DNA of 40,000 bases. Source: an uncultured Roseibium sp. GTDB taxonomy: Bacteria > Pseudomonadota > Alphaproteobacteria > Rhizobiales > Stappiaceae. Position 1 is the stretch's first letter. Every line of letters begins with the position of its first letter. A program made the position numbers and the translations under genes. The notes under the pieces are model-generated. The model was given only the letters and a program-made list of their open reading frames with translations. It had not been told where the DNA came from and did no database searches. Of the stretch, positions 1 through 8,379 are shown one piece after another. The stretch covers positions 6,903-46,902 of the forward strand of contig NZ_CAXXSJ010000060.1 in NCBI RefSeq assembly GCF_963675095.2, written 5' to 3'.

Positions 1-341
1 CTATGGGCTTCATGCTGCTCTGTTCAGGCCTCATCCTCGTCATGGGCATGATCCTGGACAGCACCTCGATCCTTTTGATCATGGTCCCGATCGCAGCGCC
101 GATCGCGCAGGGCATGGGGATCGACCTCAGCCAATTCGGCATCGCGGTCGTGATCGCGGTGGAGATCGGCCTGCTGACGCCGCCGTTCGGGATCTCGGTC
201 TTTACCGTCCACAACACGCTCAACGACCCGGCAGTGTCCGTCGAACAGATCTTCGCCGGAACCATGCCATTCATCGCGGTGATGCTGTGCGTCCTGCTGC
301 TGGTCATCCTGATCCCGGGGATCGCGACCCTCTTCCTGTGA
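1..341 (+). CDS. TRAP transporter large permease (DctM family), C-terminal fragment; the gene starts upstream of the window
   Basis: Open frame from the window edge to the stop at 339-341. Hydrophobic sequence typical of DctM C-termini (LLIMVPIAAPIAQGMGIDLSQFGIAVVIAVEIGLLTPPFGISVF). Confidence 0.8.
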   Translation, partial: MGFMLLCSGLILVMGMILDSTSILLIMVPIAAPIAQGMGIDLSQFGIAVVIAVEIGLLTPPFGISVFTVHNTLNDPAVSVEQIFAGTMPFIAVMLCVLLLVILIPGIATLFL

Positions 342-393
342 CCGCAGGAGCGAAATCCTGACTGACAGGTGGCGGGTTCTGCGACCCCGCGTT

Positions 394-1188
394 TCAGGAC
401 TGCAACATCTGGCCGATGCTTCGGTATATCATATAGCTCGCGACCACGAAGATCAGACCGGCAAACAGGGTGTTCAAGGTGCCTTTTCGCGCTGACAACC
501 GCTTGGCAAGCATCCCGCCGATGAGCCCTCCGAAAACACCGCCGCCGATGAAGACGGCCGCAAGCACCCAGTCGACATAGCCGGAAAAGGCGTAGTTCAA
601 GGCCGTTGTCAGCCCGAAGGCGGTGACTGCGACAAGGGAGGACCCGATTGCGAAAAGGATCGGCATGCCGGTCGATGCCAGCAGACCCGGCACGATCAGA
701 AAGCCGCCGCCAATTCCGAAGAAGCCGGAGAAAATACCGGTCAGGCCACCGAAACCCAGAACCTTATGCGCATTTTTCCCCGAGCATTGGGCTCCTGGAT
801 TTCCCTCCGCCCCGCGCTTACGAAACATGAGGCCGCCGACCACGAACATGAGAAGGGCGAACAGCAGGAGAAGTTTCTGCCCGTCGACGATCTTGCCGAC
901 GCTGGAGCCTATGAAGGCGCCGACAATTCCTGCAACGCTGTAGACCGCCGCACACCGCCATTTGACGTTGCCGAGCCGGGCATGACTCAGGAGATTGGCA
1001 AAGGCATTGGCCGCGACGGCGAAGGCACTCGTTCCGATGGCCATATGGGCACTGGGAACGCCGACAAGATAAACCATGAGAGGCACGGCCAGAACCGACC
1101 CGCCACCGCCGAACATGCCGAGTGTAAAACCCACCAGTCCGCCCGAGAGAACCCCGAGACCGTATTGTATCGGATCAAGATGCATCAT
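394..1188 (-). CDS. TauE/SafE (DUF81) family membrane protein, putative sulfite/organosulfonate anion exporter
   Basis: Polytopic Gly-rich membrane protein with the GGGGSVLAVPLMVYL motif and an internal repeat (GIGGGFLIVPGLL). I start it at MMHLDP (1188); the ORF runs to 1299, but that 37-aa extension is hydrophilic and looks non-native. Confidence 0.75.
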   Translation of the reverse strand: MMHLDPIQYGLGVLSGGLVGFTLGMFGGGGSVLAVPLMVYLVGVPSAHMAIGTSAFAVAANAFANLLSHARLGNVKWRCAAVYSVAGIVGAFIGSSVGKIVDGQKLLLLFALLMFVVGGLMFRKRGAEGNPGAQCSGKNAHKVLGFGGLTGIFSGFFGIGGGFLIVPGLLASTGMPILFAIGSSLVAVTAFGLTTALNYAFSGYVDWVLAAVFIGGGVFGGLIGGMLAKRLSARKGTLNTLFAGLIFVVASYMIYRSIGQMLQS

Positions 1189-1401
1189 CTGATCGCCGGC
1201 CTTTTTCCGGCCGGTCCACCTGTTTATTTCGACATCAGTCGCCTGAAGGCGTTCTTCGGCGGCCCCTGTGATGCGGTCGTCGCTTTCCGGCCGGACCATA
1301 GTCGGAAGAATACTTCCATATAATGTGAAATATGAATGTGATCATTTTCGGGCCGTATCGGCCATTCGGCGCAACGCCCCGGTCCCCTTTTGCCCACAAA
1401 G

Positions 1402-1434
1402 AAAAAAGGCGCCATCCCAAGCGGACGGCGCCTT
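1402..1434 (-). terminator. Rho-independent terminator downstream of the first ABC operon
   Basis: On the minus strand the arms aaggcgcc (1434-1427) and ggcgcctt (1413-1406) pair around a 13-nt loop. Including the arm Ts, a 6-T run follows. It lies 70 nt after the permease stop at 1504. Confidence 0.7.
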
Positions 1435-1503
1435 CTTTCTCATTACCGGTCTTGATTGACCGGATTTGGCCCCGGCAACGGTCTACACCTCTGCCGACCG
1501 GTC

Positions 1504-2277
1504 TCAGGCCTTCTTGTTCGAGACGTGCCATGGCGTCAGCCAGGCGCGGAGCTGCGAAATCAGGCCATAGAGCACGAGGCCGACGAGCGTCAGGATCACG
1601 ATGGTGCCGAAGAGTTCGGCAACGGCCAGATCCTGAAGATAGGCGACGGCCAGGTAGCCGAGCCCCTCGTTGCCGCCGATGAATTCCCCGACAATGGCAC
1701 CGATCATCGCCAGAACGACCGCCACTTCCGCACCGGCCAGAATGACCGGAAGCGCCGATGGCAGTTCCAGGAGCGTGAACCGCTGCCAGGACTTTGCCTG
1801 AAGCATGGTGAGCACGTCCTTGTCTCCGGGCTCGACCGACTTGAAGGCCACCAGCGAGTTGGAGAACACCGGGAAGAACGACAGGGCCGCCGCGATCACG
1901 ATCTTCGATTCCAGTCCGAAGCCGAACCACAGGATGAACAGCGGCGCCAGGGCGATTTTGGGGATCAGCTGGAGGCAGACGATGAAGGGTTTCGCCGCCC
2001 ACTCGACTGGTGGGAACCGGGCCATGGTAAAGCCGAGCCCGACACCGATGAAGGTGGCGATCAGGAACCCGGAGATCGCTTCCGTTGCGGTTATGCGCGC
2101 ATGGTGCCAGAGCTTTGGTTCGGTGATCATCTGGCTCAGCGCGACCAGGATCTTTTCCGGCGGCGGCAGCACGAAGGCGGAGACTTCGGCCGAATGGACA
2201 TAGACCGACCAGATGATCAGGAAAACGGTCACCGATGCGATCGGCAGGCCAATCCGGTAAAGGCGTTCCCGGCTCAT
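1504..2277 (-). CDS. ABC transporter permease, NitT/TauT (SsuC-like) family
   Basis: 257 aa with about 6 TM segments. Its start overlaps the stop of the upstream ATPase by 4 nt. Sequence is typical of nitrate/sulfonate/bicarbonate-type permeases. Confidence 0.85.
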   Translation of the reverse strand: MSRERLYRIGLPIASVTVFLIIWSVYVHSAEVSAFVLPPPEKILVALSQMITEPKLWHHARITATEAISGFLIATFIGVGLGFTMARFPPVEWAAKPFIVCLQLIPKIALAPLFILWFGFGLESKIVIAAALSFFPVFSNSLVAFKSVEPGDKDVLTMLQAKSWQRFTLLELPSALPVILAGAEVAVVLAMIGAIVGEFIGGNEGLGYLAVAYLQDLAVAELFGTIVILTLVGLVLYGLISQLRAWLTPWHVSNKKA

Positions 2278-3080
2278 TGCATCCCTCCTGTCAGCGCGTT
2301 CCTGAGATGGGCGACCGCGTCCTGGAATTCCGAACGGCGCTGCAGATCGAGATCGCGGGGTCTAGGAAACGGAAGCTCCTCGATGCCGATGATGCGGGCA
2401 GGACGCGGCGCGAGCACCACGACCCTGTCGCTCAAAAACGCGGCCTCGGTAATCGAATGCGTGACCAGGATGGTCGTGACCTTCGCCCGGGCGCAGACAT
2501 TCATCAGCTCCATGTTGAGCGTGTCGCGCGTCATGGCATCGAGCGCGCCGAAAGGCTCGTCGAGCAGAAGCACCTGGGGATCGGTCACCAGGGCTCGGGC
2601 CAGCGAGGCACGCTGACGCATGCCTCCGGAGAGTTCCGACGGACGATTGTTTTCAAAGCCGGCCAGGCCGACCATGTCGCACAGCGCCTTGGCCCGCTCC
2701 ATGCGTTCGGCCTTGGCAACGCCGGATATCCGCAATGGCAGCGCCACATTCTCCGCCACCGTGAACCAGGGAAACAGGCGTGCTTCCTGAAACATCATGG
2801 AAACCGGCCGCGTCGCTTCCACCGACCGTTTCCTGCCCGACCAGACGGAATTGCCGCGAACGGCCACCTCGCCGCTGGTCGGGTATTCCAACCCTGCGAT
2901 AATCCGCAGCAAGGTGGTCTTTCCGCAGCCCGACGGCCCGAGCAGGGAGACGAACTCTCCCTTGCTCAAAGTCAGGCTGGCGTTAGAGATCGCCGTGACG
3001 GCCTTGTCGTCCGTCCCGAAGATCTTCTCCACGCCTGAGAGTGCGATTTCCGGTTCCTGCGAAACCGTATGCGCATTCAT
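2274..3080 (-). CDS. ABC transporter ATP-binding protein, NitT/TauT family
   Basis: Walker A GPSGCGKTTLL, signature LSGGMRQRASLA, Walker B LLLDEPFGALD. 4-nt overlaps with both neighbouring genes. Confidence 0.9.
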   Translation of the reverse strand: MNAHTVSQEPEIALSGVEKIFGTDDKAVTAISNASLTLSKGEFVSLLGPSGCGKTTLLRIIAGLEYPTSGEVAVRGNSVWSGRKRSVEATRPVSMMFQEARLFPWFTVAENVALPLRISGVAKAERMERAKALCDMVGLAGFENNRPSELSGGMRQRASLARALVTDPQVLLLDEPFGALDAMTRDTLNMELMNVCARAKVTTILVTHSITEAAFLSDRVVVLAPRPARIIGIEELPFPRPRDLDLQRRSEFQDAVAHLRNALTGGMQ

Positions 3081-4096
3081 TTCTGCAGAGCCTTGTCCAG
3101 CAGATCGTTGGTGTAGAGGGACTTCGGATCCGGCGTGGTGTCGATCATCTTCGCCTCGGTCAGAAGCGAGACCGCCTTTTCCCAGACTTCGGGAATGTTG
3201 CGCAGCAGGTTCGCCTCGGACTTGGACACCCAGTTTTCCGAGTTGGCGCGCAGATCCTGCTTTGCGGTCTCCATGTCATTCAGACCGCGCACGTCGTGCT
3301 TCGATCCGATGGCCTTCAGGATCGGCTCCAGATCCGAGGCCGTGGCAATTTCAAGAGCGGACTTGTGGGTCGCGCGCAGGAACTTGACGAACTTCTCCGG
3401 GTTTTCCTTGATCGCGTCTTCATGGGCGACATAGACCTGCCCGGGCATGCCGTCGTCCATGGGAATGGCGTGGACGTCGTCGCTGGCGGCCTTGGCCTTG
3501 ATCATGGAAGAGGTATTGCCGATGAAGGCGCCCGCGCGGCCGGCTTCGATCAGGGCGAAGGACGCGGCACTGTCGGCGACCTTGACCTTTTCAACCGAGT
3601 CCGTCGCAAGGCCAGCGCCGGACAAGAGCAGGTCGAGCGTGCCTTCCATCGAGCCGCCGAGGGAGGCCATACCCACGGTACGGCCCTTCAGATCGGCCAC
3701 GGAGTTCACCGGATTGGACTTGGAAGAGATGATGTAGAACGGCGACAACTGCGCAATGGTCGCGATGGAAATCAGCGGCGCGCCGTTGTTGACCTTGGAG
3801 ACGATGTAGTTGGTTCCGCCGGTCCGGCCGGAATCCATCTGCTTCGCGATCACCATCTGGGCTGCCATAGCCGCACCCTTGGCCGACTGGATCGAGAAGG
3901 TCAGGCCTTCGTCGGCGTAGTAGCCTGCGGCTTCCGCGTAAAGTACGGAGCCGAATGCCAGAGAAAGGCTGAACGGAGTAATGAATTGAAACTCATCGCC
4001 CGCGGCAAAACCGGATTTCGGAAGGGCAAGATAGGCCGCCCCGGTGGCTGCTGCGCCAAGAAAATGCCTGCGGTTCAGTTTACCTGTCATCATCAT
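3077..4096 (-). CDS. ABC transporter periplasmic substrate-binding protein (NMT1/THI5-like) with a Tat-type signal
   Basis: N-terminal twin-arginine signal (LNRRHFLGAAATGAAYLALPKSGFA). Its size and operon position match SBPs of NitT/TauT systems. Confidence 0.8.
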   Translation of the reverse strand: MMMTGKLNRRHFLGAAATGAAYLALPKSGFAAGDEFQFITPFSLSLAFGSVLYAEAAGYYADEGLTFSIQSAKGAAMAAQMVIAKQMDSGRTGGTNYIVSKVNNGAPLISIATIAQLSPFYIISSKSNPVNSVADLKGRTVGMASLGGSMEGTLDLLLSGAGLATDSVEKVKVADSAASFALIEAGRAGAFIGNTSSMIKAKAASDDVHAIPMDDGMPGQVYVAHEDAIKENPEKFVKFLRATHKSALEIATASDLEPILKAIGSKHDVRGLNDMETAKQDLRANSENWVSKSEANLLRNIPEVWEKAVSLLTEAKMIDTTPDPKSLYTNDLLDKALQK

Positions 4097-4172
4097 GCCT
4101 TCACCCTCGTTTGCTTGTTGGCAGTTACGAAAGCTCCAGCCTAGGTGTAAGTATTTTCCCTAGCGATAGGCC

Positions 4173-4188
4173 GTTTTATATATAAAAC
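4173..4188. promoter_or_regulatory. Perfect 16-bp palindrome GTTTTATATATAAAAC in the AT-rich leader of the ABC operon (candidate operator, possibly overlapping a -10 element)
   Basis: Read directly and checked as self-complementary. It sits between the IclR stop (4238) and the SBP start (4096). The TAAAAC half-site recurs at 5084-5089 and 5103-5108. Confidence 0.45.
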
Positions 4189-4237
4189 ACAGATCAGGAA
4201 GACGATACAACTAACGATATACTTTACCTTTTTGCAC

Positions 4238-5032
4238 CTACTTTGCATGCTCCGCTGTCGTTTCCTGCCAGCCGAGCAGCCTGGAAATACGCTTAGCCGT
4301 CCGAACCACAGCTTCACGCACCGGTCCATGAATCTCCGCTAGGTGCTGTTCTGAAATCGGCGCCGTGACATTGATGCCGGCGGCGACACGCCCGGTGATG
4401 TCGTGAACGGGCGCTGCCACCGAGGCAATGCCCGCTTCGAAGTTACCGGCATGCACGATGGCTTCCGCGCCATGATCGGCTTTCGCCTGGGTGAGAACCT
4501 CCGTCATGCTGATGGCGCCGCGAACAAGCGCGGCGTTGTCGCTGCGAAACATGCTGACGAGGCTGTCGGTGGACAGATCCGCCAGCATGACGCGCCCGAT
4601 GGCGGTGTTGCGGGCCGGAAGCCGGCTGCCGACATGAACAATGGACATATCCGCATATTTGGCGGGGATCCGTAGCACGTAGAGAACCGAGGTGCCGTCC
4701 AGCACGCCCATATGCGCGGACCAGTTCAGTTCGTCGCGCAGGCGCTCCAGTTCCGGCTGGGCGATCTCGACGATCTCGCGCGTGGCCAGATAACCATAGC
4801 TGAGCCTGAGGATACCGGGACCGACGGCATAGGTATTGGTGCGCTGGTCGTGGATCAGGCATCCCATCTCTGCTAATGTGTAGACCGTACGGAACGCCGC
4901 TGAGCGGGTGATCCCCAGACGTTCGGATATGTCCTTCAGGGAAAGGTTCGGCGTTTCCGGGGTAAAGCACTGCAATGCCTTCAATCCGCGCACGAGGCCC
5001 GGGACCAGGTATCGATCCTCGTCAGCCGCCAT
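4238..5032 (-). CDS. IclR family transcriptional regulator
   Basis: 264 aa. N-terminal wHTH (LKDISERLGITRSAAFRTVYTL) followed by an IclR effector-domain pattern. Confidence 0.9.
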   Translation of the reverse strand: MAADEDRYLVPGLVRGLKALQCFTPETPNLSLKDISERLGITRSAAFRTVYTLAEMGCLIHDQRTNTYAVGPGILRLSYGYLATREIVEIAQPELERLRDELNWSAHMGVLDGTSVLYVLRIPAKYADMSIVHVGSRLPARNTAIGRVMLADLSTDSLVSMFRSDNAALVRGAISMTEVLTQAKADHGAEAIVHAGNFEAGIASVAAPVHDITGRVAAGINVTAPISEQHLAEIHGPVREAVVRTAKRISRLLGWQETTAEHAK

Positions 5033-5069
5033 GTTCTCTCATCTTTCTGTTTGCTGGAATAAAACCGGT

Positions 5070-5108
5070 CTGCGTTTCACCAGTAAAACGCAGTCTCACC
5101 TGTAAAAC
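5070..5108. promoter_or_regulatory. Candidate IclR operator cluster in the divergent promoter region
   Basis: 8-bp inverted repeat CTGCGTTT (5070-5077) / AAACGCAG (5086-5093) with an 8-nt spacer. Also a 13-nt direct repeat TCACC(A/T)GTAAAAC at 5077-5089 and 5096-5108 (one mismatch). Confidence 0.45.
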
Positions 5109-5122
5109 AAGATGCCCCTAGA

Positions 5123-5138
5123 GTTGATCCATATCAAC
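5123..5138. promoter_or_regulatory. Inverted repeat GTTGAT-ccat-ATCAAC, 26 nt upstream of the bicupin start
   Basis: Perfect 6-bp arms read directly; it sits between the operator cluster and the RBS of the 5164 gene. Confidence 0.35.
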
Positions 5139-5163
5139 CGCGTATGAGGACGGAGACGCCGAC

Positions 5164-6111
5164 ATGAACATCGAGAACCAGGAATTCAAAACGCTTAAAG
5201 AAGCCCTGAAGGCCAATACCGGCCGTTTTGTCGACAAGCGCTTCGACTGGGAAGCGTTTCCGTCGAACATCGGCTTTCCGGAGCTTTCCCGCGCCCAGAT
5301 GCGCTACATCGGCGCCGGCGGTTCGCCGAAGGTCGGCGACACCTCGACCCTGAAGCCGGATCACTTCACCCTGTCGCTGATCTACAAGGAGCCGGGCAAA
5401 TACGCCGCCTGCCATAGCCACGAGATCGAGGAAAGCTTCCTGATCATCGACGGCAGCCTGATCGTCGGCTGGGAAAAGGACGGCGAAGTGGTCGAAGTCA
5501 ACCTCGGCCCAAAGGACATGATCCTGAACGCCCGCGAAATCGGCCACGGTTTCCGTGTCGACGGCGTCGAGCCGGTCCTGATGTCGATTTCCGTCGACGT
5601 CGGCAAACCGCTTCCGCCGGTCTACCACTACCACCCGAAGGAGCATGCGCCGGAACTGGCCCGCAGCTTCGGAGCACAGCCGGGCAAGACCATGCCGTTC
5701 GACCCGAACGGCTCCCATCCGCTGCAGAAGCTGATGGGAAAATACGTCGCCCGTCACAATGAACTGGAAACGATCTGGGACGATGCCGGCTTCACCCGCA
5801 AGGTCTATTGCGGCCCGGGCGGCGTCGAGACCGATACCTGCCGGAAGGAAATGCTCGGCATTCCGTCGCGGGTCGGCGTCAAGCCGTTCACGCGGGACGT
5901 GGAAGACGCTTTCCTGGTGCTTGAAGGCTCCCTGACCGTCGGTTGGGAAGAGAACGGCGAAACCACCGAAGTCGAACTCGGACCGCGCGACCTGGTTAAG
6001 ACCCCGGCCGGCCGCAAGCACTGGTTCCGCAACAACAGCGCCACGCCTGCAACCGTCTGGTATGTGGTGGGCTCCGCCGAGCCGGAAACGGTCAAGTTCG
6101 AAAAGGCCTGA
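5164..6111 (+). CDS. Bicupin protein, putative metal-dependent ring-cleaving dioxygenase-like enzyme
   Basis: Two cupin barrels. The N-terminal one keeps the metal motif (CHSHEIEESFLIIDG ... GHGFRV). The C-terminal one lacks the HxH (RDVEDAFLVLEG ... KHWFRN). The antisense 330-aa ORF is rejected. Confidence 0.7.
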   Translation: MNIENQEFKTLKEALKANTGRFVDKRFDWEAFPSNIGFPELSRAQMRYIGAGGSPKVGDTSTLKPDHFTLSLIYKEPGKYAACHSHEIEESFLIIDGSLIVGWEKDGEVVEVNLGPKDMILNAREIGHGFRVDGVEPVLMSISVDVGKPLPPVYHYHPKEHAPELARSFGAQPGKTMPFDPNGSHPLQKLMGKYVARHNELETIWDDAGFTRKVYCGPGGVETDTCRKEMLGIPSRVGVKPFTRDVEDAFLVLEGSLTVGWEENGETTEVELGPRDLVKTPAGRKHWFRNNSATPATVWYVVGSAEPETVKFEKA

Positions 6112-6131
6112 TACCGAAAAGACCATGAAGA

Positions 6132-6175
6132 GGGGCTGCCACCCATCGGCGCAGTTTACTGTGGCAGCCCCCTTT
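6132..6175 (+). terminator. Stem-loop after the bicupin gene (terminator-like)
   Basis: Perfect 11-bp stem ggggctgccac (6132-6142) / gtggcagcccc (6161-6171) with an 18-nt loop. Only a short T stretch (ttt) follows, so it may be an attenuator or stabiliser rather than a full terminator. Confidence 0.45.
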
Positions 6176-6248
6176 AACTTCCAAAGAGCCCGTGACGCCG
6201 CCGGCTACGTAGTTATCCGGTTGACGGGCAATCCATACACGACAATAA

Positions 6249-6265
6249 TTGAACATAATGTTCAA
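6249..6265. promoter_or_regulatory. 17-bp palindrome TTGAACAT-A-ATGTTCAA upstream of the monooxygenase gene
   Basis: Perfect 8-bp arms, ending 25 nt before the ATG at 6290. It shares the heptamer TGTTCAA/TTGAACA with the palindrome at 22144-22159. Confidence 0.45.
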
Positions 6266-6289
6266 ATATGATCTTTCCGAGGGCTTGAG

Positions 6290-7432
6290 ATGACCGTATT
6301 GAAGGTTGGGATCTGTGGTGGCGGTGTTGGCGGTCTGTGCGCGGCGATCGCGCTGACCGACATGGGCCACGACGTGACGATATATGAACAGGCTTCCGAA
6401 TTCGGCCGCGTTGGCGCCGATATCAACCTGACCCCCAATGCCGTCCATGCTCTCGACAGGCTCGGCGTCGGCGAGCGCCTGCGCGAAACCGCTGCACGGC
6501 CGACGCACCGGATCAGCCGCCAATGGGACACCGGCGAGGAAACTTCGCGCCTGCCGATGAGCACGGCGGCGGAAGAACGCTACGGCTCGCCGCAGCTGAC
6601 CATCCACCGGGCAGATCTTCTCAACGCCCTGACCGATCGCTTACCGGCCAGCCGTATCCTCTTCGGCTGCAAGGTGAGCGGCGTCGAACAGGACGACACC
6701 AAGGCGACCATTCGGTTCGCCGACGGCAGCCATGCCGACTTCGACGTGGTCATCGGGGCCGACGGCATCCATTCCGTCGTCCGGACCGCGCTGTTCGGCA
6801 AGGACGACCCGAAATTCACCGGCCTGGTGTCCTACCGCGCGGTCTTCCCGCGCTCCAAAGGCGCGGACGTTCCGGATCTCGACGCCTTCACCAAATGGTG
6901 GGGCCCGACCAGCGACTACCAGATCGTCACCTTCCCGCTCACCCGCGGCGAAGAAATCTTCGTCTTCGCGACCACACCGCAGACCGACTGGACCGAGGAA
7001 GGCTGGACCCTGCCCGGCGACATCAACGAGCTGCGCGCGGTCTACAAGGACTTCCATCCGCAGGCCCGCGCCCTGCTCGACGCCTGCGAAACCGTAACCC
7101 GCTCGGCGCTGCATGTGCGCACGCCGATGGAACACTGGTCGAAGGGCAGGATCACCATTCTCGGCGATGCCGCACATCCCATGGTGCCGTTTATGGCCCA
7201 GGGCGCCTGCATGGCGATTGAGGATGCCGTCGTTCTGGCCCGTTCTCTGGACGGCAAGTCCTCCGCAGAGGTGCCCGGCGCGCTCGAAACCTACGAGACT
7301 GCCCGGAAGCCCCGCACCGCCCATGTCCAGGAAAGCTCCCTTGCCAATGAATGGCTGAAAGACCGCGGCAACGCCGACTGGGTCTACGGCTATCATGCCT
7401 GGGAAGTGGGTCTTGACGACCTGGCAGCCTGA
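6290..7432 (+). CDS. FAD-dependent aromatic monooxygenase (salicylate / 3-hydroxybenzoate / 6-hydroxynicotinate hydroxylase-like, group A)
   Basis: GxGxxG (VGICGGGVGGLCAA), GADGIHSVVR, and LGDAAHPMVPFMAQGACMAIEDA. 380 aa; RBS GAGGG upstream. Confidence 0.85.
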   Translation: MTVLKVGICGGGVGGLCAAIALTDMGHDVTIYEQASEFGRVGADINLTPNAVHALDRLGVGERLRETAARPTHRISRQWDTGEETSRLPMSTAAEERYGSPQLTIHRADLLNALTDRLPASRILFGCKVSGVEQDDTKATIRFADGSHADFDVVIGADGIHSVVRTALFGKDDPKFTGLVSYRAVFPRSKGADVPDLDAFTKWWGPTSDYQIVTFPLTRGEEIFVFATTPQTDWTEEGWTLPGDINELRAVYKDFHPQARALLDACETVTRSALHVRTPMEHWSKGRITILGDAAHPMVPFMAQGACMAIEDAVVLARSLDGKSSAEVPGALETYETARKPRTAHVQESSLANEWLKDRGNADWVYGYHAWEVGLDDLAA

Positions 7433-7445
7433 CGAAAGGGCAATT

Positions 7446-7494
7446 GAGAAGCTGGTCAATATGTGACATATCGTTCATATTAGACCAGCTTTTT
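7446..7494 (+). terminator. Rho-independent terminator of the monooxygenase gene; may double as an operator for the next IclR gene
   Basis: A 9-bp stem aagctggtc (7449-7457) / gaccagctt (7483-7491) is extended by 6 more bp (aatatg/catatt) across a 1-nt bulge. The loop is 12 nt and a T run follows (7490-7494). It starts 17 nt after the stop codon. Confidence 0.65.
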
Positions 7495-7548
7495 GAAATC
7501 ATCCCGATTTCGTTTGAGCGTATGTGATCTGGATCAGGGAGCTCCTGC

Positions 7549-8367
7549 ATGGCGATGGCATCCGAAAAGGACGCAGAACAGACGGGCTATTCGGTCCCGC
7601 CGGTTCTGCGGGCAATCGCGCTTCTGCGCTATATCGGAGCCGGCAACCGCTGCCGCAACATCTCCTCGGCCTCCAAGGAACTGGGAATCAACCGCACCAC
7701 ATTAATCCGCCTCATCCATACGCTGGAAGACGAGCGCATGATCGAGGAGATCGACGAAGGCGCCGGCTACCGTCTCGGAACCGGGCTGATCGCGCTCGCC
7801 TCCGAGGCCATCGCGGACCGGGACGTTGTCCAGATCGCCCGGCCGATCCTTGCCGACCTGGCGGCCGAACTCAATCTGTCGGCGCACCTTGGCATTCTCG
7901 ACGGGCTTGAGATCGTCTACCTGGCCCGGGAAACGCCAAATTCCTACCTGGTCAGCAACGTGCGCGTCGGCACCCGTCTGCCGGCGCATGCGACCACCAT
8001 CGGACGCATTCTTCTGTCTGAACTCGCGCCCGAGGCGCTGCACAAGCTTTATGACCACGTGAAGCTCGATGCCTATACGGACAAGACCAGAACCTCCCTG
8101 GAGGAACTGGAAGCACAGCTTGCCGAAGACCGGAAAGGCCGGATTGCCTGGAGCGTCGCCAATTTCGAGCCGGGGATCGGCTCCTGCGCAGTCGCCGTTT
8201 ACGACGATCGCGGCCGGGCGGTCGGCGGCATCAACGTGACCGGGCAGGACAGCGTGTTCACGCCGGGCACGGACGAGGCGAATGTGATCGAACGCGCCAT
8301 CAAGTCCGCGGCGAACCGGATATCCGAGGGGCTCGGGCACACGTCGCGAAGCATGCGCAGAGCCTAA
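7549..8367 (+). CDS. IclR family transcriptional regulator
   Basis: 272 aa. wHTH (ISSASKELGINRTTLIRLIHTL) followed by an IclR effector domain. RBS AGGGAG. Confidence 0.9.
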   Translation: MAMASEKDAEQTGYSVPPVLRAIALLRYIGAGNRCRNISSASKELGINRTTLIRLIHTLEDERMIEEIDEGAGYRLGTGLIALASEAIADRDVVQIARPILADLAAELNLSAHLGILDGLEIVYLARETPNSYLVSNVRVGTRLPAHATTIGRILLSELAPEALHKLYDHVKLDAYTDKTRTSLEELEAQLAEDRKGRIAWSVANFEPGIGSCAVAVYDDRGRAVGGINVTGQDSVFTPGTDEANVIERAIKSAANRISEGLGHTSRSMRRA

Positions 8368-8379
8368 CTCTCGGAAAAA

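Noticed and set aside
372-394. Short stem gcggg/cccgc between the convergent TRAP dctM and TauE genes as a bidirectional terminator
   Set aside because: The stem is only 5 bp with a 9-nt loop and a weak T tract, which is too marginal to call.
1235-2616. ORFs of 255 aa (minus, 1235-2002) and 386 aa (plus, 1456-2616) overlapping the permease, ATPase and intergenic region
   Set aside because: They are alternative or antisense frames of recognisable ABC genes. They run through the terminator hairpin at 1402-1434, and their composition is artefactual.
4141-4329. 62-aa minus-strand ORF spanning the AT-rich leader and the IclR 3' end
   Set aside because: It overlaps the IclR coding end in another frame and crosses the palindromic promoter region. 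There is no RBS.
5134-6126. 330-aa minus-strand ORF
   Set aside because: It is a mirror frame of the bicupin gene. The plus-strand product carries cupin motifs and an RBS.
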